Source of the DNA: a virus
Lineage: Duplodnaviria; Caudoviricetes
DNA: 64,000 bases
IMG/VR virus record: IMGVR_UViG_3300017778_007091
Coordinates: 1-64,000 of that record
Direction: 5' to 3' (one strand)
Positions 17,675-27,526 of the stretch are shown here, one piece after another (positions within the stretch are counted from its first letter, which is position 1; every line of letters begins with the position of its first letter). Position numbers and translations under genes: made by a program. The notes beneath the pieces are model-generated. The model saw only the letters and a list, made by a program, of their open reading frames with translations. It had not been told where the DNA came from and did not search any database.

Positions 17675-18488
17675 TGGGAAGTGACACCTGCGAGGTCACA
17701 CTGCACCGTGAGCAGTGCAATGGGCCGGTCATCTCGATTCCCGGCTCTATACTCGTCATGTATTCTCTGAGCTTCCTAGAGTCATGGGCCGGCATTGCTC
17801 TAATGAATGCAGCAATCTTGTTCCTGTCTGAGATTCCGTCGATTGCAACGATTGTTGACTCAAGTCGTGTAGTAACAACATTGTCAACGACAACCTCAGG
17901 CATCAATTTCTTTCTGCGTTCCATGATAAGATTTGCTTCTTCTTCGTCACGACCAGTCATGAGCTTAAATGTGACTCGTTTTTTAGAAATCGGTAACATG
18001 AAATCAAATTGATTTGTTCCTGGCGCAATAGGCTCAACAGCCAAGCGCTTAATTGGCATGTCTGTAAGGTCAAATGCAGCTGGTTGTCTGGTTTCACAAG
18101 CGGGACAGGATACATCAGCGCGATACTCAGCACCATATCCTGTCACTCTTATCGCAACGAGAAGCGCGCTTCTATCACCTGCAACCATGTCTTTTGGATT
18201 GATACTTTTGTCAGTAATACAGCTTGCTAGCAAGTGCGTTAGAACTGTTCCGTCTTTAATGAGTGCGCGGCTGAGGAGAATGTCTTCTTCCTGCGCAGTC
18301 ATTGCCTTTATTTGGATTGTCTCTTTGCCATGCAACGAGCTTCCAGGTGGGTAAACTTTTCCGCTTGAAGGTAACGGAATTAATTCAATTGGTACTGTCC
18401 AACCAAAATCATCTTGTACAGGATTAGACCTTGGTATCTGTTGGAATACCTCATTAGGTGTACCTACAACGTCTGTCTTCTTTGGCAT
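17643..18488 (-). CDS. Tail assembly chaperone / T4 gp26-like baseplate assembly protein
   Basis: LPSSGKVYP, IKAMTAQEEDIL, two CxxC pairs (CPAC, CSRC), ends FFWPST; between tube and tape measure genes. Confidence 0.7.
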   Translation of the reverse strand: MPKKTDVVGTPNEVFQQIPRSNPVQDDFGWTVPIELIPLPSSGKVYPPGSSLHGKETIQIKAMTAQEEDILLSRALIKDGTVLTHLLASCITDKSINPKDMVAGDRSALLVAIRVTGYGAEYRADVSCPACETRQPAAFDLTDMPIKRLAVEPIAPGTNQFDFMLPISKKRVTFKLMTGRDEEEANLIMERRKKLMPEVVVDNVVTTRLESTIVAIDGISDRNKIAAFIRAMPAHDSRKLREYMTSIEPGIEMTGPLHCSRCSVTSQVSLPIGISFFWPST

Positions 18489-18542
18489 TTCTAAATTACT
18501 CCACAGCCTATTTTAATGTGTGAAGCAAAACGTTAAACGCAA

Positions 18543-18569
18543 CAAACCGCACGTAAAACGTGCGGTTTG
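18543..18569 (-). terminator. Intrinsic terminator downstream of the tail tube gene
   Basis: Perfect 12-bp stem CAAACCGCACGT/ACGTGCGGTTTG followed by a T-rich run on the minus strand. Confidence 0.75.
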
Positions 18570-18576
18570 AAGAAGA

Positions 18577-19065
18577 TCAGTACTGAAGAACGCAGTTATC
18601 AAATTTGAGAGTTAAGCTGACGCTGACCAGATCATCTGATCCGTAGTCAAGGTCACCGAACTTTGCACTCTCAATGAATGCGCCTTTGATGTCCCAGAGC
18701 TCAACAACTGTCCCAATAGGATCAAGCATCTTGAGCTGGCAATCACGCTTGTAAAAGTCGGCATAACCGCTTCTTGCTGAGACTGACTCGTGGTGTGTGC
18801 GAACCCATTCCATCACCTGCTGTGCACCTGATGGTGCGATAGGATCGTGGAGGTCCACTGTAATTGAGTCAAACTTGAGTTTAGAAGAGATGTAACGCTG
18901 AGTGTTAATCCAGGGAATTTCCTTGTTGCCCATGTTGAAGTTGGGGCGGGCAGCCTTGCGGATGAGGAATGAATCAAGCCCTTCGATTGCAAAAATCCAG
19001 CGGTGCTTCCTCTTTGGTTCAAACTTATTAGGAAGCATGTCTGTAACTGACAGTGTTTCGGCCAT
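18577..19065 (-). CDS. gp19: Tail tube protein (T4 gp19-like)
   Basis: FEPKRKHRW, LHDPIAPSGAQQVMEW, ADFYKRD..LKMLDP.G.VVE.W.IKGAF; directly follows the sheath genes. Confidence 0.88.
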   Translation of the reverse strand: MAETLSVTDMLPNKFEPKRKHRWIFAIEGLDSFLIRKAARPNFNMGNKEIPWINTQRYISSKLKFDSITVDLHDPIAPSGAQQVMEWVRTHHESVSARSGYADFYKRDCQLKMLDPIGTVVELWDIKGAFIESAKFGDLDYGSDDLVSVSLTLKFDNCVLQY

Positions 19066-19095
19066 TTATGACTCCGTATTCTTAATTAATATCTA

Positions 19096-22074
19096 TCACG
19101 TTGTTGAGGTTGCGCTAATGTTAAACGTAACCTCAATAAATTCCGCTGTCCTTGTGGGCTGGAGGTAAATCTTGCCGCGGATGGTGTTATTCTCAATGTC
19201 TGCTTGTGTCGTTGTTGATGTGTCAATAATGACTCTGTATCTCTCGACACCAAATCTATTCTGGACATCTTGCATGATAGGCTTGACAAGCGAATTGAAT
19301 CTTGCAAGTGTGTCCTGCGTATTGGGCTCGAAGAGCAGAGAGTTAGCAACTGCCCTAACTCTCCTTCTAACGTCGATGAGAAGCCTGCGAACATTGATCC
19401 TGTCTAGTGAAGATGCTGTCTGCAGGAGTGTCTTCTGACCCCATGCAACATATGACGAACCGCCGGCGCTCACGATCGGATTGATGTCTGCGTCGTATAG
19501 GACTGTCGTCTTCAGGTCTGTTGCGTCTGTGGTCAAGGCAAAGCCAGTTGAAGTTGCCGTCAGAAGACCACGTGTGAGACCTGCAGGAGCGTACCATGGT
19601 GCATATGTGTCATTTAAGGCGTATGCATAAAGGACTGCAGCTGAAGGCGGTACTGTCAGTGTTGTTGTCCGTCCAGGAACTGGAACGTTGACATCTGGGA
19701 AGTATGCTGCCGCGAACGAGGTGTTGAGATTACGTGACAGGAAGTTGCCGACAGTGTTTGGAATTGACACTGTAGCGTCGCTAGAAGTCATGAAGTTTCC
19801 TAGTGTGTCAACCTGCTCAATGTCCATGATGTAGAGTGCATCAAATCTGCTCTCAACTGCCGTAATTGCATAGTCTGTGACTGCTGGAACTCTCAGACCG
19901 GGTACCACAAGAAGCTGGATATTTGCATCTGACGTGCTACCCATGATATCAATCGCTTTCTTGTATGCTGCAACTGTGGGTCCATTTACGCCACCTTGAT
20001 TTGCAGAATCTGATATCTCTCTGCGTGCTGCAAGATCACTTAGACTTGACTTTTGAGCATCAAAGATGTTGACACCGTCAAAACCACCTTGAAGCATAAA
20101 CGTGTAAGACACATTGGAAATGTTCGTTGTCTTGTATGTATTATTAAATACAAGATCATTGATTGATAAGGCACGTGTCTTATTAGTTGCGTTAGGAACA
20201 ATGTTACCTTGACGAACATATGAGGCTGATTCCCAAAGAATTTCGTTGGCATTACCATTGGCGCCAGTGACTACTTGGATGTTCTCTATCGTGAAGTAGT
20301 TGTTGCAAAATGTGTCTGTTAACGTGGAATCTGTCTCAAAGAAGTTAGCATTTGTTGGATGATAAGACGGGAAGAACTTTGAGTAGTTATAGATCGATTG
20401 ATTGAGAGCCATTCCAGACTTGCTAGGATCATCAACAGTGTTGTACTGCTCAACTTGTGTTCCCCACGTTGGAAGAGGTGCTGCGGGTAAAGCTGCTGTT
20501 GGGTCAACGCCATTGGAAATTCTAAGCCTTACGGGAACAGGTGGCACCGTGGCAGACCTGATGACATCATCTTCGCCTGCCTTGATGTTTGAATCCGTTG
20601 CACCGTATGTTGAAAGACTTGACCCAGACGTGTATGGGTAGCTGTAGCCTCTATAACCTGCAGGAATTGCGTCATATGGGATATTTCCTGCCAGGAAGTC
20701 ATCAGACATTTCTACCCGAACATAGTTGTTAGTAACTCTGTAGTCTCCTTCGACCACAAGCTTTTGACTACCTTCTACTTTATCAAAGTCAAAGTAGACT
20801 TTCTGGTCACCAATGACTGCAGCAATATATCTTGAAGAATTTGGATCAAGTGTTAAACCGTCCCAGCTAGGATAACTCACATTGCTTGACCTGCTCTCGT
20901 CAAGCTGCGCGAGCGGGCGAACTGATAGACTGAATGTTGGCCAGGTCGAACCATTAGCAGGTGTAACGTTGCTGATTGTTATCTTTAGATTCTTATCAAG
21001 TGCGTCACGTGATGCTGTTGTGCTGTCTGCAAGTCTACCTGCACCAAAAGGTAGTGCGCCGTCGTGGATTGAGTGCAACTTGAACAGATTGTACTTTGTG
21101 CCACCGTAACCTTGTGAGATAACGTAAGGTGCTTCTGGGTGTTTATAGCGGTCCTTGAATTGCTCAAAGTTAGGCGTGGTTGAATTGCCTGTGTTGCGCC
21201 CTAATGAGCTAGATGTTATAAAGACTGCATCGTGCTTTGTTGAATCGCCAGATGAAGTCACGTGCGTGAGAATCTGTGAGCCTGTTATAACTGCAAAGTT
21301 TGATGAGACGTCATAATATGAATAGAGGTAATGACCGTACTCTTGATATTTCGTGACGTCAGTATTTAGTGCGCTTGCAAGATTATCAAATGATGCTGTT
21401 ATGATGTTTCTGTTAGAATCAGCTAGACCGTTTAACAAGAGGACGAATGTGTTATCAGCAATACCAATTGAGCCTGAGATTGATGATCCTTCGGCAGCAG
21501 TTGCAGCAGGCTGATTTGATGTATTTGAATTTCCTGAAAGTGTGAGAGTGACTCCCGATGGTGTCATCAGGATTCCTCTAATAATTGGGGTTGCCTTCTC
21601 CGATGCTTGGATTCCTGCTCCAGAGAAAAGAGTCGATCCTGCCGACTCTGACATAAAGCAGCCTAGGAAATATGTCCGCCCTAAGACGCCTCCCGATGTG
21701 GCATATGGATTTGCACCAACAATACCTGAATCTAGAACTTGTTGCTCACCGACTGTGAAGCCTGCTCGGTTGACCTCGCCTGTTGATGCATTGCGCTTCT
21801 TAGCGTCACCTGCACCAAGCACTCTGATGTAAGTTGCATTTTTATTGTTACTACCAGCTGAGAGCCATGAGTTGACTGCAATTGGGCCGAATCTGGTGCC
21901 AGGAGCACCAAACAATTGTTCCCAACTATTGTAAGTGCTGAAGGTGAGGGGAACGTAGGCAGGACCCTGCGCTGCGGTTCCCACAATACCTGCGGGAACA
22001 CCCGTCGTGGTTCTTGCAGCGGGTGCCGAATTGTCGGTTTCGAATATTGTGATACCGGGTGCTGTTGATGCCAT
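19096..22074 (-). CDS. gp18: Tail sheath protein 2 (gp18-like)
   Basis: N-terminal APGI...E.D and GTA.QGPAYVP; C-terminal PWYAPAGLTRG, INPI, WGQKTL, LDRINVRRLL, IYLQPTRTAEFI. Confidence 0.92.
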   Translation of the reverse strand: MASTAPGITIFETDNSAPAARTTTGVPAGIVGTAAQGPAYVPLTFSTYNSWEQLFGAPGTRFGPIAVNSWLSAGSNNKNATYIRVLGAGDAKKRNASTGEVNRAGFTVGEQQVLDSGIVGANPYATSGGVLGRTYFLGCFMSESAGSTLFSGAGIQASEKATPIIRGILMTPSGVTLTLSGNSNTSNQPAATAAEGSSISGSIGIADNTFVLLLNGLADSNRNIITASFDNLASALNTDVTKYQEYGHYLYSYYDVSSNFAVITGSQILTHVTSSGDSTKHDAVFITSSSLGRNTGNSTTPNFEQFKDRYKHPEAPYVISQGYGGTKYNLFKLHSIHDGALPFGAGRLADSTTASRDALDKNLKITISNVTPANGSTWPTFSLSVRPLAQLDESRSSNVSYPSWDGLTLDPNSSRYIAAVIGDQKVYFDFDKVEGSQKLVVEGDYRVTNNYVRVEMSDDFLAGNIPYDAIPAGYRGYSYPYTSGSSLSTYGATDSNIKAGEDDVIRSATVPPVPVRLRISNGVDPTAALPAAPLPTWGTQVEQYNTVDDPSKSGMALNQSIYNYSKFFPSYHPTNANFFETDSTLTDTFCNNYFTIENIQVVTGANGNANEILWESASYVRQGNIVPNATNKTRALSINDLVFNNTYKTTNISNVSYTFMLQGGFDGVNIFDAQKSSLSDLAARREISDSANQGGVNGPTVAAYKKAIDIMGSTSDANIQLLVVPGLRVPAVTDYAITAVESRFDALYIMDIEQVDTLGNFMTSSDATVSIPNTVGNFLSRNLNTSFAAAYFPDVNVPVPGRTTTLTVPPSAAVLYAYALNDTYAPWYAPAGLTRGLLTATSTGFALTTDATDLKTTVLYDADINPIVSAGGSSYVAWGQKTLLQTASSLDRINVRRLLIDVRRRVRAVANSLLFEPNTQDTLARFNSLVKPIMQDVQNRFGVERYRVIIDTSTTTQADIENNTIRGKIYLQPTRTAEFIEVTFNISATSTT

Positions 22075-22094
22075 TTTATCCTCTTAAGTAAATA

Positions 22095-25000
22095 TCAGAC
22101 AAATTCGACGCCTGCATTGGTAATTATAAAGTCGATTGCAATATATTCAACTGCTTTGGTGGGTACTATGATGATAGTACCGACGAGCCTGTTAGCCTCA
22201 ACAACTTGTTGTGTGTTGTTTGAAGCGTCCATAACGATCTTATAACTGTCAATACCACTCTGTGCCTGGATTGTAGCGAGGCGTGGAGTTAATTGACTTA
22301 CGAACTGTGCGCGAGTTGCTGCATTATTCGGTTCAAATACGAATCGTAGACCAACAGTCGTAACTACTCTTGCAAGTTCAATAAGGAGACGACGAACATT
22401 GACTCTATCCAGGGCAGACCTTGCAATTTGTAATGTCTTTTGTCCGTAAATCACAAAACCGAGACCTGGGAATGATGTAATCGGATTTATCCTTGCATCA
22501 TAGAGGCTGTCTCTATCAGTGCTTGAGAGGCGTACTGCAAGATTAACGACCGATGTCAGCGCTGCTCTGTTAAATCCTGCGGGAGCGTACCATGGATATG
22601 CCTTAGAGTCATTTTGTGCAAGAGCGCCGAGTGCTATGATTGATGCAGGAACTTTAACTTTCTGTGGAACACCAACTGCAGCACCGGGTGAAGCATCATA
22701 GTTAATTGATGCGTCTGGAAAATACGATGCGACGTAGCTGTTGTTAACATTTCTAGACGTAAATCTATTGATTGTATAGTTGACGTCTGGTTGTGTTGCA
22801 TTATCAAATATTCTCACACCTGTGTCAGTGTATGTCGGAATATCCATTAGATAGATTGCTCTAGCAAACCCTTGCGTGTTTGAAGCAAATGTGTTGGTAA
22901 CGCTGACGTCTCTGATGCCTGGAACGGTTATGATATTGACATTAGAAGCTGCAGAATTTGTGATTATTGATGCTGCGGTCTTGTATGAACTTACAATGGC
23001 ATTATTGTCACCAGCGGCAAAGTTATTTGCGTAGACATTTAATCCAATGTTGGGATTCGATATTGCTTTTCCGCCTGTCTCGCTCGAAGTCGACTTGTCG
23101 TTCATGGCACCCATGTCGACATCAAGTATGTTTAGACCATCGAACCCGCCATAGAACATATTTGTAAACTTCGCAAACTGTGAGAATCTATTGAAGATAG
23201 AAGCAGACGGTATTAGAGCTAGTGTACCAAATGTCAGTCGTCCTGTGATGCTTGCATCACTTACGGTTCCATCCGATGGATCTGGAACTGCGTTTCTGAT
23301 GTAGATCGCGTCGGCCATGTGCTGTCCAACAGTTCCTGTTAGATTAGTTACTGCGGCATTAAGCGCTGTTCCTGCACCCTTGGCGTTGTAGAATGCAACC
23401 TTCGAAAGTGAGAACTTATTGTTGCTAAAAGTGTCTGCGCTAGATCCCGTGTAAAGCATATCAAGCTTCTGTATTCCAGAGAATTTTGCAAGATTTTCAA
23501 TATAAGGATTTATGCCTGTCGAAGCATTGGGATTTAATGTATCTTCAACCTTCTCAAACTTAATACCCCATGCGTATGCAGGTGAGGCAAACTCTGTAAT
23601 TCCAGCTTGACCTTGATACGAAGGTGTGCTATCAGCTTCACCTGACGTAACCTTATAACGCATAGGAACGGGTGGCTGGATTGACGATGTTAAGAACTGG
23701 ACCGCGGTTGGGAGTATTCCTGCCTCTCTATTGCTAAGAGCTGGAAGGTCGCTATCGGTTAGACCCGCGGTGAACTTCAGCGCTGGAATTCCTCTAAATC
23801 CAAATGGGAGTGAGTCCTTTGGTATCTCATTATTGGCAACTTCGTTTGATACGATAACTCTGATTCTGGTTGACATATTTGGATAAGTTCCAGTTGATAC
23901 AAAGTTCTTGTCAAGAACATTGACAGCATCAAAGTTGAAGAAAGTCTTCCTATCGCCAATCTTTCTTGCGATGTAGTTTGAATCAGCTGGGTTTAATGTG
24001 CAACCGCTGAATTGCTCGAAAACAGCGGGTTGAGCTTCAGTGTCGTAAAAGTTTCTAACCTGTACGGTAAATGTTCCGTAAGGATTTGCAGGATCTGTTG
24101 AGCGCCTTAAGTTGCTAATTGTGATCTTAAAGAGGTCATTTGCAACTGCACCGTCGCTTATTGTCTCAAAGTGAAAGAGATCATACTCTTTATCGCTGTA
24201 AGGTTGAGAAATAAACTTTGAAGTCTTGGCAGATGTGTATCTTGTGTCAAATTTGCCAAAAGCATTCAAGAACGGAAGAGTGCTATCTCCTGAGCTTGGT
24301 GAAGTATTTGACGAACCTGAGAGGATTGCAACGCTGTTTGCTGTTGTTGAGACTGTAGCGATACCACTCTCGATTGGATAATCAAGATATAACAAGTGCT
24401 GCTTCTGCTGGAAGAGCTCAGGTGATGTGTTCAAAATATTTGAGATGTAATTTGCATTAGAGGGATCAAGTGATGCTGTGTAGATCTTGATTCCTGTATA
24501 GCCTTCATCAGACCCAAAAGCTGCTCCTGAGCTTGAGATTACAAGCTTAAAAGTAGATGCCGATGCGTCAATCGTTGCTGCATCGTCTATAACGCTGGTG
24601 GGAGAGTAGTTTTGATTATAGCTTAAAACTTGTGCCCTTGTTCCTGTTGCAAATAGGATGACACCTCTGACCAGATTAGCTGTTCCGCCACCTGCGCTTA
24701 CGTTAAAGCTGTCATTGTCAACAAACACTGGATAGGCATAATCTGCTGCTGTGTTAACGTCATGTTTGGCAACCAGAAACTGGACTGCGCCCTGTCGACG
24801 CAAATCAGTAAAGCCGCCACTGAAGTCAGGTGTTGTGATTGCTGACGGTGAAAGTCCACCGCTTCTAGTAACTGTCGTATTTCCTGCATAACCTGCAACA
24901 TCTTGAGTCAACAAGAGTGTTGTTGCAGTGACGCCTGACGCTGTGATTCCAATTGATCCTGTTCCGCTGATGCCTAAAGTCGTGGAATTGACCGATGTAA

Positions 25001-25610
25001 TAACGTCTGCGGTCATAGTTGTCAGAGAAGCCGCACCGGCGATCGTGACTTCAGCTTCGTATGGTGATCCTGATGTCCCTGTTCCGCTAGCAGGATAGGA
25101 CGGTGCTCCTGGCGTTGCAGCGCCGCCGGTTCTAAATGTTATCTTTAGATAGACACCTGATGCATCTTGAATGACGAAGTTGTCTCCGTTATTAAATGAT
25201 CCGAAATTAAGAAGGCTAAAGGTTGAAGTTGCTGCAATATTTGTGCCTGCAGCAGCTGAACCTGAGATTACGAAACCTGCACCTTTTACCGTGCCTTTTG
25301 TCTGTGTGTTAACAATGTCTGCTGCAGTCTGATTTGCTCCTGCGCCAAGAGTGCGCAGAAATGTCAGTGAATTTCCATATCTAAAGAATTCTTGCCCTGC
25401 AAAATAAGAGCTATTACGAATATCAGAGTTTCCAAAGAATCTATCAGTAAACTGTGCAAGTGATGTCACAGTTGTTGGTATAAATGCAGGACCCGCAGGA
25501 GAAGGTCCAACGACGCCGGCAGGTGTTCCAGCCACAGCAACAGATGTAGGTGCTGATAGGTCGATTTCACTTTCAAAAAAACCTGGCGAGCGATACGTTA
25601 TTTCGGCCAT
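22095..25610 (-). CDS. gp18: Tail sheath protein 1 (gp18-like)
   Basis: SPGFFESEID, GPAFIPT; C-terminal PWYAPAGFNR, RINPI, YGQKTL, LDRVNVRRLL, VPTKAVEYI. Start refined to the ATG at 25610 (SD GGAG). Confidence 0.92.
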   Translation of the reverse strand: MAEITYRSPGFFESEIDLSAPTSVAVAGTPAGVVGPSPAGPAFIPTTVTSLAQFTDRFFGNSDIRNSSYFAGQEFFRYGNSLTFLRTLGAGANQTAADIVNTQTKGTVKGAGFVISGSAAAGTNIAATSTFSLLNFGSFNNGDNFVIQDASGVYLKITFRTGGAATPGAPSYPASGTGTSGSPYEAEVTIAGAASLTTMTADVITSVNSTTLGISGTGSIGITASGVTATTLLLTQDVAGYAGNTTVTRSGGLSPSAITTPDFSGGFTDLRRQGAVQFLVAKHDVNTAADYAYPVFVDNDSFNVSAGGGTANLVRGVILFATGTRAQVLSYNQNYSPTSVIDDAATIDASASTFKLVISSSGAAFGSDEGYTGIKIYTASLDPSNANYISNILNTSPELFQQKQHLLYLDYPIESGIATVSTTANSVAILSGSSNTSPSSGDSTLPFLNAFGKFDTRYTSAKTSKFISQPYSDKEYDLFHFETISDGAVANDLFKITISNLRRSTDPANPYGTFTVQVRNFYDTEAQPAVFEQFSGCTLNPADSNYIARKIGDRKTFFNFDAVNVLDKNFVSTGTYPNMSTRIRVIVSNEVANNEIPKDSLPFGFRGIPALKFTAGLTDSDLPALSNREAGILPTAVQFLTSSIQPPVPMRYKVTSGEADSTPSYQGQAGITEFASPAYAWGIKFEKVEDTLNPNASTGINPYIENLAKFSGIQKLDMLYTGSSADTFSNNKFSLSKVAFYNAKGAGTALNAAVTNLTGTVGQHMADAIYIRNAVPDPSDGTVSDASITGRLTFGTLALIPSASIFNRFSQFAKFTNMFYGGFDGLNILDVDMGAMNDKSTSSETGGKAISNPNIGLNVYANNFAAGDNNAIVSSYKTAASIITNSAASNVNIITVPGIRDVSVTNTFASNTQGFARAIYLMDIPTYTDTGVRIFDNATQPDVNYTINRFTSRNVNNSYVASYFPDASINYDASPGAAVGVPQKVKVPASIIALGALAQNDSKAYPWYAPAGFNRAALTSVVNLAVRLSSTDRDSLYDARINPITSFPGLGFVIYGQKTLQIARSALDRVNVRRLLIELARVVTTVGLRFVFEPNNAATRAQFVSQLTPRLATIQAQSGIDSYKIVMDASNNTQQVVEANRLVGTIIIVPTKAVEYIAIDFIITNAGVEFV

Positions 25611-25664
25611 TTTATCTCCACTCACGCTTCCGTTATAAATATCCCATCACTTTGAAGAAAACCT

Positions 25665-26855
25665 TCATATAGATTCATCTTCTGTAAATCTAGCTTTTCT
25701 AATAGGTAGAATTTGCTCTCCTGCCCTAACGTCTCTGTAGATTATCCTTTCGAATTTACCTTTTCCTTCGTTAGGTATGACTGCCTTTTCATTTGATTCA
25801 CCTCTCTCAAGGTGCGGCATTCCATCATCGCCTAAATGTTCAACATCTGAAAGGATAAATCTGTTGAGTTTTGCTTCGGCATGCGGTTCAACTTGTTTTT
25901 CTGCAATTTGTGTTGATACATCGTAAATACCAAAATTGACTGTGGGTGCAGATTGAAACTTTCTAAAAGGTGATCCCAGGCCTGGGTGTCGCGGTGCCAG
26001 GATGTAGGCAGGAACTTTGATGTCAAATGTGTATTTGATGATTCTCTCATCGTTTGTGTAATCATCAAAGTTGTCGCTGTTGTTGAACGGACCTTGCACA
26101 AAAGCTGTATACTTGTATCCTTTGTTGGTCTGGATTTGAAATTCGTGTCCTTGACCGTCAAATTTCATCATTAGCGATTCGATTAATTGGTTCATCTGGC
26201 TCATATACTGCGTCCAAATGACAACATTGTAGTTGAGACCGATGAATTGCGGGTAAGGAATAGTAATAATTTCAAAAATATTATTACCGAGATTTGCATC
26301 TGCAAGAGGTGTATTAAGATTTCCCGACCCGTACTTTATTCCTGGTCCGTTACGCCTAGAAGCGAGGGTACCCGGTTCAGCAAACTGGCCTGGTGAGATG
26401 TCAGTTAACGAAAAATGTGCTCTTGATGTCACATTATCTTGATTTTTTATCGAGAGCTTATTGATAATGTTTTGATACTCACGATCTGTTGGATCGAGCC
26501 TCTTGCGGATTACATAATCACCTGGCTGCCTAAATGATATTGCAGTTCCGCCGACTTCTTGCTCATTTTTATGTCCAATTGATGTCCTTTTAATTGCAAT
26601 GAGCGGCAGTATTAACGCATTATTTCTGTCTCTAATCGGCTTCATCCGCTTAGTCAGAGCAAATCTTTCACCTGCAGCGAATACAACGGGCACTTTTGTC
26701 GTCTGCTCATTGACCTTTACTTCAAACGCTAGACGCTTATCAAAGAGATCAAATAGCGCTCGATCAACATCTTCAATACCTGCAGATGGGATGCTAAAAT
26801 TGTCGGGTACTGCAAATCCCTCATAGCCTTTTCTAAGTTGTATCTTTTCAGGCAT
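25665..26855 (-). CDS. Tail completion / sheath-stabilising protein (gp15-like)
   Basis: IEDVDRALF, PVVFAAGERF, L.Y...IWT.YM.QMN patterns; between neck and sheath genes. Confidence 0.65.
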   Translation of the reverse strand: MPEKIQLRKGYEGFAVPDNFSIPSAGIEDVDRALFDLFDKRLAFEVKVNEQTTKVPVVFAAGERFALTKRMKPIRDRNNALILPLIAIKRTSIGHKNEQEVGGTAISFRQPGDYVIRKRLDPTDREYQNIINKLSIKNQDNVTSRAHFSLTDISPGQFAEPGTLASRRNGPGIKYGSGNLNTPLADANLGNNIFEIITIPYPQFIGLNYNVVIWTQYMSQMNQLIESLMMKFDGQGHEFQIQTNKGYKYTAFVQGPFNNSDNFDDYTNDERIIKYTFDIKVPAYILAPRHPGLGSPFRKFQSAPTVNFGIYDVSTQIAEKQVEPHAEAKLNRFILSDVEHLGDDGMPHLERGESNEKAVIPNEGKGKFERIIYRDVRAGEQILPIRKARFTEDESI

Positions 26856-26857
26856 AA

Positions 26858-27523
26858 TCAGCTCTCATCATAGAATGCTGAACCGACATTCTCTGGGTCG
26901 CCGAGTTCTGAGACTTCTGCAGGTCCTGTAATCGGCGCGTCCAGAACACCATTACGCTGCAAGTCTCTGACGTCGCCTGTAATGCCTTCCTTGTTCTCGT
27001 AGAAACCTCTTTGTTGAACAAATGTCTCTTGAACAGCATCTGCATCTGTGTATTCTTCGGACGTTGGCCCGAATACCTTCGAAATGAATTGACCTTTTCT
27101 TGACTGCTTGCCCGTAATTGTGATGTAATTTTTGTGTTCTATCTGACCAAAGATAATATCTGTTCTTGGTGCTTTAATGACTTCAAAGAATGTCTCACCA
27201 TAGCTAAAGAAATCGCCTTCATGAACATCGATTCCCTTCTCAAGAAGGTCTCTAAAGTGAAGGTAGCATTCAATCGTGTAAAATTCTTCAGATCCAAAGC
27301 GATTTGTACGCACTTCCTGAGGTGCGTATTTCACAAGTGCGTCTATCTCGATAGGGTTTTCAAAGATCTTTTCAGCAGACTCCTCATAAACATCGTGCAC
27401 TGCAGACTTGATGTTATTAATGGAGAAATAATAAATTTTTTGTCCAACAACGTCTTTTATCAATTCTTTGCCAATATCATTGATAAAATTCATCTCTCTA
27501 GGCGTTATAAAGAGCCTTCCCAT
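26858..27523 (-). CDS. Neck / head-closure protein (gp14-like)
   Basis: Synteny after the gp13-like gene; GQKIYY, VYEES..KIF..P.EIDALV, EGDF..YGETFFE. Confidence 0.65.
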   Translation of the reverse strand: MGRLFITPREMNFINDIGKELIKDVVGQKIYYFSINNIKSAVHDVYEESAEKIFENPIEIDALVKYAPQEVRTNRFGSEEFYTIECYLHFRDLLEKGIDVHEGDFFSYGETFFEVIKAPRTDIIFGQIEHKNYITITGKQSRKGQFISKVFGPTSEEYTDADAVQETFVQQRGFYENKEGITGDVRDLQRNGVLDAPITGPAEVSELGDPENVGSAFYDES

Positions 27524-27526
27524 CTA

